DNA of 15,002 nucleotides from Octopus sinensis (taxonomy: Eukaryota): the NCBI RefSeq assembly GCF_006345805.1, contig NW_021825450.1, positions 1 through 15,002 on the forward strand, written 5' to 3'. The position numbers and the translations under genes are program-made. This document shows positions 1-8,591 of this stretch, in pieces; the stretch's first letter is position 1, and each line of letters opens with the position of its first letter. A model generated the notes under the pieces. It ran no database searches. It saw only the letters and a program-made list of their open reading frames with translations, and was not told where the DNA came from.

Positions 1-55
1 TAGTAAATTCATCACATCTCCTGCATCACATCCTCCTCTCCACATTATTCTCATT

Positions 56-92
56 GTAGTAGTATTAGTAATAGTAGTAGTAGTAGTAGTAA

Positions 93-127
<35 letters not shown>

Positions 128-184
128 AGAATAATAATGACAAAACTACTACTACTACTGCTACTGCTGCTGCTCCTGCTACTG

Positions 185-220
<36 letters not shown>

Positions 221-242
221 ATACTACTACTACTACTACTAC
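56..242. repeat. (TAG)n tract (56-127) and (CTA/CTG)n tract (145-242) forming an inverted microsatellite pair
   Basis: Direct reading; TAG and CTA are reverse complements, separated by a 17-nt spacer. Confidence 0.95.
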
Positions 243-246
243 CACT

Positions 247-333
247 TATTATTATTATTATTATCACCTTCGTCATCATCATTATCCCCATCCCGTCAAC
301 TCCATCGCTACAATCATCATCATCATCATCATT

Positions 334-370
<37 letters not shown>

Positions 371-412
371 CCAACCGTCATCCTTATCATCATCATCATC
401 ATTATTATTATT
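247..412. repeat. Degenerate (ATT)n/(CAT)n trinucleotide tract
   Basis: Direct reading. Confidence 0.9.
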
Positions 413-661
413 ACTTCCACTCTATTAACTTCTATTTTTCAGAGCCTTGCGCGTGCCGAATGATACGTTTTCGTTTTTCTCCGCTGTTCACCGTGCGTGA
501 GATTTTAAATAGACAAGTGGCGCTGCTAGATGGCTAACAGTTCTAACAATGCTCCGATGTCTTAAGGATAGAATTTAGATACACAAAGTGGCCACTCCCC
601 ACCCTTCGTTCAGACAAATATCAAGAATAGAACATAGAAAGAACAACGTATAGAAACTGTA

Positions 662-1375
662 CGATGATAATGATGACGATAATGGCGATGATGCGGATGA
701 TAAGGCTGGTGATGGAAGTGGTGACGCTGATGAGGATGATACTGGTAATGATGATGATGGAGATGATGATGAAGATAAGGATGGCGATGACGGTGATGGT
801 GATGACGGTGATGGTGATGACGGTGATGGTGATGACGGTGATGGTGATGACGGTGATGGTGATGACGGTGATGGTGATGACGGTGATGGTGATGACGGTG
901 ATGGTGATGACGGTGATGGTGATGACGGTGATGGTGATGACGGCGATGGCGATGGTGATGATGGTGATAATGGCGGTGATGAGAACTAGAATGCTGTGAT
1001 GAGGATGGCAATGATGTGTACCGTAATCATAATCAAACCATGATGATTGTGATGGTGATGTCGAGGAGGAAGAGGAGAGGAGGGCGATGGTGAGGATGGT
1101 GATGATGGTGATGACGATGACTATGTTGACACGAATGCTGATAAGGATGATGGTGTTTTAATGAAGGAGATGGTAATGATCGGTGTAATGACAATAAAAA
1201 CGATAATGATGACTGCGATGAGGAGGAGAAGGAAAAGGGAGCGAACGACGATGATGATGATGAGGAGGAGGACGACGACGGTAACGATGACGACGGGAAT
1301 AACGATGATGATGACGATGATGATGCTGGTGATAATGGCGATGCTGATGGAGAGAACGCTGTAACGAGAATGGAT
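662..1375. repeat. Long degenerate (GAT/GGT/GAC/GAG)n trinucleotide low-complexity region
   Basis: 3-bp periodicity throughout; explains the Met/Val-rich and His-rich ORFs. Confidence 0.9.
786..950 (+). repeat. 15-bp minisatellite (GATGACGGTGATGGT), 10 perfect copies plus 1 variant
   Basis: Perfect units 786-935; variant GATGACGGCGATGGC at 936-950. Confidence 0.95.
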
Positions 1376-1389
1376 TACAATATCCAATG

Positions 1390-1478
1390 TGTCCTTCTCT
1401 TTCTTAAGACGGTAGAATGTGATTCGAGTGAGAGTCAGTTTCTATTTCTTATAGGCAGAGCTATGACATGTAAAAGCT
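1390..1478 (+). repeat. Fragment of an unclassified interspersed repeat (family X), copy 1
   Basis: TGTCCTTC..TTT.TAAGACGGTAGAAT...GTAAAAGCT aligns with 11016-11101. Confidence 0.7.
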
Positions 1479-1744
1479 TATGATGTAGCTAACAACCATA
1501 ATGGTAGTGATCAGTGACAAGCATGATGGTATTAATGGTGATGTTGATAGTCGTGGCTGTTATGGTACATGAAAACGTAGTGGGTAACAATTGTTATTGT
1601 TGATTTTCAGAGTGACTGAGTAACTCACTTAAACTAGTTCACCTATGCATATACGCACTGCTATTTCTAGCATGTAAAATTACCTGTTAAAGGGTAATTT
1701 TCTATTTTGAAATACGAGTATATAGATAAATAGATATATAATTA

Positions 1745-1751
1745 CATATAT

Positions 1752-1792
<41 letters not shown>

Positions 1793-1931
1793 ACACACAA
1801 CACATATATATATATATATATATATGTACATTATGCATACATATACATAAACTTGCCACTTACACCTTTATCGTCCTCTTCGTCTTCCGGTCATTTCAGC
1901 ATGCGGTGATAGTCTAATTTAGAACATGTTT

Positions 1932-2029
<98 letters not shown>

Positions 2030-2103
2030 ACACAAACATACATACACACGTACGCACGCACCCACACCCACGCACACGTACACACACACACACACACACA
2101 CAT
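1745..2103. repeat. Compound dinucleotide microsatellites: (CA)n(TA)n at 1745-1830 and (CT)n(AT)n(CA)n at 1934-2103
   Basis: Direct reading. Confidence 0.95.
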
Positions 2104-2204
2104 ATCAACTTAATCTGAGAGTTTGTCTTGCAATTCCAGTTTCACGCAACTGCGATCTTGCGATCTTCAGGATTTTTTTCTGTTGAACCCGAGCTAAGCA
2201 CCAC

Positions 2205-2700
2205 CGCCACTAACAACCACAACAACAACAGCAAAAAAAAATCAAAAACGCCATGACAATTCCTTCTCTGGCCACTACCATCAAAATTACTCCCAACACC
2301 ATTATCATTACCACAACCACCATTATCATCACCATCAGCAACACCAACTAAGAAGCCATTGCCACTATTAATGATAGCAGATAGATTATTACAATACCAC
2401 CAGCACCAGAACTAGTCTTGCCATTTCTATTGTCAACATCTACCTCATTCTATCACTATCGCTGTTTCAATGTCCCTCTACGACTATTATTTCCGCAACA
2501 ACATTATAACAACGTAATTACTAAATAACATTATTATAATACCAACTTCAACAGTAATAACAGTAGTGACGCCATCTGTAACGCAAAAATCATTACCACC
2601 ACGGCTACCACGACGAGGAAGAGAACGATGGCTCCTCACCTCCATGATATGATGATGCTGATGCTGATGATGATCATTATCTTCATCATCATCACAGTAG
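2205..2700. repeat. Old degenerate CAC/CAA/CAT low-complexity region ending in a short (GAT)n-(CAT)n strand switch
   Basis: Residual 3-bp periodicity. Confidence 0.65.
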
Positions 2701-2800
2701 CAACAATACCTGCACTTATGTATGCAGACATAAATCTGTTTATCACATATTTCTTCTTCCCAGGATTGTTACGGAGCATATGATACAACGTGTAGGATTG

Positions 2801-2899
2801 CACACACACACACAAACATACACTCACACACACACCACACACACCCCACATAGACACCTCACTTCCCCACTTATGCATTTAGTTAAGTTCACCTATGTT

Positions 2900-2953
<54 letters not shown>

Positions 2954-2966
2954 GTATGTATGTATG

Positions 2967-3020
<54 letters not shown>

Positions 3021-3096
3021 ATTATTTGTGATGTATGTATATATATATATATGTATATATATATATTATATATATATATACATATATATATAAACA
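2801..3096. repeat. Compound (CA)n, (GT)n, (AT)n, (ATGT)n microsatellites
   Basis: Direct reading. Confidence 0.95.
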
Positions 3097-3189
3097 CATG
3101 AGATGGCCATAACAGGACATCTGACCCGAGAAAGGAGACGAGCACAGACACAAAAACACGCACAGATATATTTGTGTGTGTGTGTATGT

Positions 3190-3225
<36 letters not shown>

Positions 3226-3390
3226 TTATGACGGATTTCTTTCAGTTTCCGTCTGCCAAATCCACTCACAAGGCTTTGGTCGGCCAAGGCTATAGTACAA
3301 GACATATGCCCAAGTTGCCACGCACTGAGACTGAACCCGGAACCATGTGGTTGGTAAGCAAGCTTCTTATCACATAAGTACGCCTGCGCC
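3226..3390 (-). mobile_element. tRNA-derived SINE, family 2, 5' half (tRNA-like head plus central domain), running into a (CA)n tract at 3173-3225
   Basis: Minus strand starts GGCGCAGG; B box GGTTCAGTCTC (3327-3337), A box degenerate; strongly similar to 13354-13452. Resembles the tRNA-derived octopus SINEs (OK/OR1/OR2 group); exact family not determinable here. Confidence 0.85.
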
Positions 3391-3684
3391 CATACACACA
3401 CCACACACAGCACACATGCAGACGACCGCATCCAAACAGGCAGTCCACTCCACGTTCATATATATTACAGCGGTATGTCAAGAACCCAGTAAGGCTGTGT
3501 CTATGAAACGCTGATTTTTAATTCAATGAGACAATTAAGCCATATTAGGCTTTTAGAACGTGGAGGAAAATAAACGCAGACACTATGTACATGCGTTCGT
3601 GCGCACGTGTCTGAGTGAGTGTGTGCGTGACGGGATTCTCGTTTCTGTCCATAATCATTTATTACTCAGATCAGTTGTGCGTGT

Positions 3685-3920
3685 AAGGCGGCGAGCTGGC
3701 AGAAACGTTAAGCACGCCGGGCGAAATGCGTAGTCGTATTTCGTCTGCCGCTACGTTCTGAGTTCAAATTCCGCCGAGGTCGACTTTGCCTTTCATCCTT
3801 TCGGGGTCGATAAATTAAGTATCAGTTACGCACTGGGGTCGATGTAATCGACTTAATCCCTTTGTCTGTCATTGTTTGTCCCCTCTGTGTTTAGCCCCTT
3901 GTGGGTAGTAAAGAAATAAG
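3685..3920 (+). mobile_element. tRNA-derived SINE, family 1, full length, 3' tail type I
   Basis: A-box-like TGGCAGAAACG (3697-3707), B box GAGTTCAAATTCC (3760-3772); five further homologous copies in the window. Confidence 0.9.
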
Positions 3921-4092
3921 AAACGTTAACACGCCGGGCGAAATGCTTAGCGGTATTTTATCTGCCGCTACGTTCTGAGTTCAAATACCGCCGAGGTCGA
4001 CTTCGACTTTCATCCTTTCGAGGTCGATAAATTAAGTACCAGTTACGTACTGCGATCGATCTTTCAGGTCTCGTGACTAGAGTAGAAAAGAT
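3919..4092 (+). mobile_element. SINE family 1, second unit of a head-to-tail dimer; lacks the first ~15 nt, has an internal deletion, 3' tail type II
   Basis: Near-identical to 3700-3843; the end TTTCAGGTCTCGTGACTAGAGTAGAAAAGAT aligns with 11312-11343. Confidence 0.85.
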
Positions 4093-4182
4093 CAATTATG
4101 CCTGTATTCAAATAATTACTCGAATATAAGTGCATATGTTTGCTGATATTAATATGTATGTAGCTGTGCAGCATCACGCCTC

Positions 4183-4310
4183 TGTGTGTGTGTATGTGTG
4201 TGTTTGTTTATGTGTGTGTTTGTTTATGTGTGTGTTGTTTATGTGTGTGTCTGTGTGTGTTTGCGTGCGCGTGCATCGGTGTATATATGTGTTTATGCGT
4301 ATGGTATTTC
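4183..4310. repeat. Degenerate (GT)n tract
   Basis: Direct reading. Confidence 0.85.
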
Positions 4311-4345
4311 ATGTTTGTCTCATATGACCAGAGATTTCGTTTACT

Positions 4346-4371
4346 TTATTATTATTATTATTATTATTATT
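4346..4371. repeat. (ATT)n microsatellite
   Basis: Direct reading. Confidence 0.95.
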
Positions 4372-4702
4372 GAGTGAGCGAGCAGAGCATGCCATCAAAG
4401 TGACACTGGGGTAAAATATACGAAGCCGTATACCCATCATGACTACCCGTCTGATAAGGTACACCAGGCACATGCATCACAACCATATGTGCGCGACATG
4501 GTGATCTCATATCAAGATAAACAGCACATGACCTTGCAGATGGAGCCCAGTTAGAATTTTCTTCAGATCGAGTAACCCATCCCGCTCAAAAGGTCCTTGA
4601 ATAAGGGCTATTTAAGGACGTTGAACGAAACACCCATGTTTCCAGAGGTGAATTATTCAAACCCCAAAGAATCCTTCTCAACACATGGCTATGATGCTCC
4701 CC

Positions 4703-4703
<1 letters not shown>
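4372..4703 (-). mobile_element. Probable retroposon 3' end (non-coding) with (AAT)n tail, 5'-truncated
   Basis: Sharp-edged, GC-richer 332-bp block bounded by (ATT)n on both sides; orientation inferred from the tail-like repeat. Single copy in the window, so family status is inferred. Confidence 0.5.

Positions 4704-4767
<64 letters not shown>
4704..4767. repeat. Perfect (ATT)n microsatellite, about 21 units
   Basis: Direct reading. Confidence 0.95.
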
Positions 4768-4857
4768 GTTTGTTTATTGATTAATTAATTTAGTGGTTTT
4801 GGCTATGTGTAAAATCTGCGGAATGGAAGAAAGGAGTGAGACAAACCGCAGAACTTT

Positions 4858-5243
4858 AATCAGTTAAAATTAATTAAATATAGAATGTAATGTAGTTACA
4901 AAACGAAAAGCGATATTTTTTTCTGTATTTTTAGACTTCATCAAGAAATGTGCATGTGTGTGTGTGTGTGTGTGTGTTTATGTTCAATTATAAGAACAAT
5001 TTTACATTAACCTGATAAGTTACTCTATACTTTCGTAGAGTACAAATTTACTTTCTTAAACAAGTATGTTTTTGATAGTGACTTCGGAGTTTCGGTCAAC
5101 TAAGACATCGTCGTACTGCCGATGATGGTAACACCAACCGAAACTTCGATGTCACTGTCGACAATATATTTGTTTAAGAATATACATATAATCAATTAAA
5201 TTAATTAAATGTAGAATGTAATGTAATTACAAGACAACAAGCG
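4858..5243 (+). repeat. Pair of ~55-bp imperfect direct repeats (4858-4912 and 5190-5243)
   Basis: AATCAGTTAAAATTAATTAAATATAGAATGTAATGTAGTTACAAAACGAAAAGCG vs AATCAATTAAATTAATTAAATGTAGAATGTAATGTAATTACAAGACAACAAGCG. Confidence 0.85.
5053..5180. other. 44-bp imperfect inverted repeat enclosing two oppositely oriented degenerate minimal hammerhead-like motifs (Penelope-like-element terminal relic)
   Basis: Arms 5053-5096 and 5137-5180 match at 37/44. Plus strand: CCGATGA-T-GGT..ACC-GAAA-C-TTCGAT-GTC. Minus strand: ACGACGA-T-GTC..GAC-C-GAAA-C-TCCGAA-GTC. Confidence 0.7.
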
Positions 5244-6210
5244 CTCATAAAACCAGGTATAACAAGTCGGGTTATTGGCAGAATAACCGACTTTCTGGAA
5301 GATAGAAGTCAACCAGTAGTAGCCAATAGGTCCACTCCAATGACACACAAATAATGAGTCGTGTTCCTTAAGACACTGATTTGGGACCATTACTGTTCAT
5401 AATAGCCCTCTCAGATATGTCCTCAGCCACTCACAGAGCCACGATCACAAGTTATGCTGATAATATAGAAGTCTCACAGGTTATACAGAACTCTGAAGAT
5501 GCTATACACCTGCAACATGAGTTAGATGAAATATGTGGGCTAAAAAGAATAGCATACAGTTTAATGCTGAAAAGTTTCAAGTCCTATGCTATCAGCATGC
5601 AAAACTAAATGCAATACCAATTAAACACAATGGACCATTAGGGATTGCAATCCCAGAGACACAGTCATTGCGAGACCTGAGCATTTACATGGGTAAAGAT
5701 GCATCCTTCCATGTGCATGTTGCTAAGTTGGCAATGAAATTCAGGCGGCTGACCGGACGGATTTTTAGAACTTTTAAAATGAGAGATCAGAAAACCATGA
5801 TGGTCCTCTGGAGGACATTTGTCCTAAGCTGCTTTGACTATTGCTCCCCACTATGGTCACCAGCCAGTGTAAAATTAATTGCAGAACTTGAAGCAATGAA
5901 ACGAAGCTACACGAAGAAGATAGCCTCTATGCAGGATATAAGCTACTGGGAAAATCTCAAGAGATTGAGACTCTATTCTCTGGAGCGTAGGCGAGAAAGA
6001 TATGAGTAGTATACATCTGGAAGATCCTAGAAGGACTTGTCCCAAACTTTGGCATTGAGAGTTACAGTAACGCTAGAAAAATTGGTTGCCATCAAAATAT
6101 AAAGCAAGATATTGCATTAGACTAGGCTTTAAAGGTCCACAGCTCTTCAATATCCTGGCCTGCAAAACATAGCAGCCAAATCATAATCTACTAACTTTAA
6201 AATAGATTTA
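5244..6210 (+). mobile_element. Degenerate 5'-truncated non-LTR retrotransposon ORF2 (reverse transcriptase C-terminal half), CR1/L2 (Jockey-group) type; inactive
   Basis: Joined translation: DFLEDRSQ.VVAN; RVP*DTDLGPLLF (decayed GVPQG motif, TAA at 5369); YADN (5453-5464, YADD motif mutated); QFNAEKFQVL; DYCSPLWSP; LYSLERRRERY; YIWKILEGLVPN; GFKGPQLFNIL. At least four frameshifts. Accounts for ORFs 5381-5608 and 5533-6009. Confidence 0.92.
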
Positions 6211-6496
6211 TATATCTTACAATATAGTTCAGAATATACAGGGAATTTGAGCCATCATGTATACAAAGTCCTTGGCTTGTTTTTAGCATGATTCTTCTCG
6301 ATCAAGGTTCTTCTGGGGCTAAGCAACAAAAATAGCCAATGCCATGGGGCTAATGTATAAAAATAATATCTATTTAGCTTTTCTTTTTTTTTCCTTCAAA
6401 ATTTCAAATTTGCGACAAATTTATAAAATTGCAGTCTTGCTTCTCGTTCGTTATAATTCGAAATATGCAAGTTCATTTACATACATTACCCAAGAA

Positions 6497-6775
6497 TGAC
6501 GACGTCGATGACGATTATGACCGCCACCACCACCACCACCACCACCATCATCACCACCACCACCACCACCACCACCACCACCACCACCATCAGCAGCAGC
6601 ATCAACAACATCGCCACAAGCATCATCCTAATCTCTCCCATCATCACCGCCGTCACCACTACCATCACCATTACCATCACTGCCGCCGAAACCTCCTCCG
6701 CCATCATCCACTACTACCACACCCACGGCCACCACAACCACCGCTGCAACTACCACTACAACCACCACCATTACC
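6497..6775. repeat. (CAC)n microsatellite within a degenerate CAC/CAT/CAG tract
   Basis: Direct reading; source of the poly-His, poly-Thr and poly-Val ORFs. Confidence 0.92.
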
Positions 6776-7238
6776 AAACTGCACAATTCCACAATTCTCT
6801 TTACATTGTTCTATTGTCTGACTTTAGTAAAAGTCTTCATTGTCAGACTAATTATTTTATCATTTTTCTAAGTTTATATAAATTATATTTTTAATCACAA
6901 TATAAAGATTTTCTCCTCCCTCTATCCGTCATCCGTTTTTAAATACAATGCCATTTGTTACCACTGTCTTCTTGCTAATTTCTTACAATTGTTTCAACGG
7001 ATATTTTTTTTTTCTTTTACAGGAAATCTCAATTATTTTTCCTTAAAGCCATCTTCCTACTTTTCATAAATTCCTATTGTTTTGTCATTAATTCTTCCAT
7101 CCGACTTTGCAGCCACGTTTTGAAAGCTCTGAAAAGTAGGCGGTTCTTCCCTATCTTACTCCTTCCGAATCTCACATATCCAAATTACAACCCGGTTTCA
7201 ATATCTGGCTGGAGTATATTTCTGTTACTTTTAGAATA

Positions 7239-7479
7239 CAGTAATGGCCAAACGTTTGAGATATTAAAAAAAAAAAAAATTGTTATGCTCAAGTATAATT
7301 CAATTCAAATGTATACAACGTATATATTTAGGCATTTAATACAAAAATTCTACTTTCCAGCTCTATGTTCCAAACTTTGGGTCAAGTAATAAACATATTG
7401 TAAATTAAATATAACTTTAGGCTTTTAATATAACAATTCTAATTTTCAGACCCATGTTCCAAAGTTTTGGCCACGACCG
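7239..7479. mobile_element. Tc1/mariner-type non-autonomous element (MITE), 241 bp, TA target-site duplication
   Basis: Left end TA|CAGTAATGGCCAAACGTTTG; right end reverse-complemented TA|CGGTCGTGGCCAAAACTTTG (15/20 match). TA at 7237-7238 and 7480-7481. CAGT..TGGCCAAAA termini are typical of Tc1-like TIRs. Confidence 0.75.
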
Positions 7480-7658
7480 TATTTTCTTCAAGAAAGTTTG
7501 AAGGTCGCTCTGTTGGCTCCAATTGTTTCTGGCACCTCTCATTCGGGATAAATAACAGAATTTTAAATATTGAAGCAACTATAGCTATGCGCTTGAAACG
7601 TTCTATTCAATATCATTTCACTGTACTTTGGACAATTGTCTTCTAAGATACATGCATG

Positions 7659-7679
7659 TATATACATATATATATATAA

Positions 7680-7769
<90 letters not shown>
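7659..7769. repeat. Interrupted (AT)n tract
   Basis: Direct reading. Confidence 0.95.
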
Positions 7770-7827
7770 TGGTAAAAACGGTAAGATAACAAAAGAAAGA
7801 AAGAGACCTCAATATTATGTAAATAGA

Positions 7828-7903
7828 GATGGCCAGATAACCGAAGAGATGGTGTTGTGGATTTCCACCTCGGCATCCGAAACTCAGTTTTATCTTGGCT
7901 ATT
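7828..7903 (+). ncRNA. Putative type I hammerhead ribozyme fold with a variant core (U4C), predicted GUU cleavage after 7889
   Basis: Stem I GCCAGATAA (7832-7840) pairs with TTATCT(T)GGC (7890-7899); core CCGAAGA (7841-7847); stem II GATG (7848-7851)/CATC (7874-7877) with inner GTGG-ATTT-CCAC hairpin; GAAA (7879-7882); minimal stem III AC-TCA-GT; H17 = T7889. Confidence 0.62.
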
Positions 7904-7924
7904 GAATAATTGTCACATATTATT

Positions 7925-7937
7925 TTATACATACATC

Positions 7938-8003
<66 letters not shown>

Positions 8004-8010
8004 GCTATAT
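7925..8010. repeat. (ATAC)n/(AT)n microsatellite
   Basis: Direct reading. Confidence 0.95.
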
Positions 8011-8169
8011 AAAGGTAGCGAGATAAAAGACTATGGAAGACAACGATAGAATATGGAAAAGCGAAATGAATTCTTCTACAATTCTGTTGAATACATAGCT
8101 ATATAGCGTATTTTAAAGCTAATAGAATTTTATGTATCCATTCAGTACAAGAGTGTATGCGCGCGCACT

Positions 8170-8538
8170 AGTGTGTGTGTGTGTATACTATTCTTTACAT
8201 AAGCATGTTTGTGTCACCTTTCTTTCTCATTGTTTCTCTCTCCCATATAGACATACAAAAATAAATATGAATATATTATACACACACACACAGACACAAA
8301 CACACACACACACACACACACACCACACACACACACACATACGTATATATAAATACATAGATACATATAGATATATATCTATATATATAAATACACACAC
8401 ACACACATATATATATGTATTCATACTATATATATAAATATAAATATATATGTTTCGTTTTTTGGATTTGGCTTGCAAGATTCTTTATGTGAATAGATAT
8501 ATATATATTATATATATTCATGTGTATATTATTATATA

Positions 8539-8591
<53 letters not shown>

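Noticed and set aside
786-950. CRISPR-like array
   Set aside because: Contiguous tandem units with no spacers, in a eukaryotic context; the SINE trimer is likewise not repeat-spacer organised.
51-1387. ORFs rich in Val, Leu, His, Met or Ile (for example 610-1011 minus, poly-His)
   Set aside because: They are direct translations of trinucleotide repeats, open on both strands, with no domain content.
3103-3140. GAGATGGCCATAAC resembling the start of the 7826 hammerhead element
   Set aside because: Only ~14 nt match and no catalytic core follows; could be chance.
1891-4377. Many YI/CV/HT-repeat ORFs, and the same class at 7618-9626 and 11779-14981
   Set aside because: Dinucleotide microsatellites lack stop codons; several also run through SINE sequence.
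4612-4645. CGAAAC...GTTTC as another hammerhead
   Set aside because: No C(U/C)GANGA core upstream and no stem I.
5381-6009. ORFs 5381-5608 and 5533-6009 as host CDS
   Set aside because: They are frameshifted pieces of one dead LINE RT.
6429-6894. Poly-His and poly-Thr ORFs
   Set aside because: Translation of a (CAC)n microsatellite.
7056-7140. 11-bp inverted repeat CCTACTTTTCA/TGAAAAGTAGG
   Set aside because: Short and AT-rich, with no TSD or further pairing; plausible by chance.
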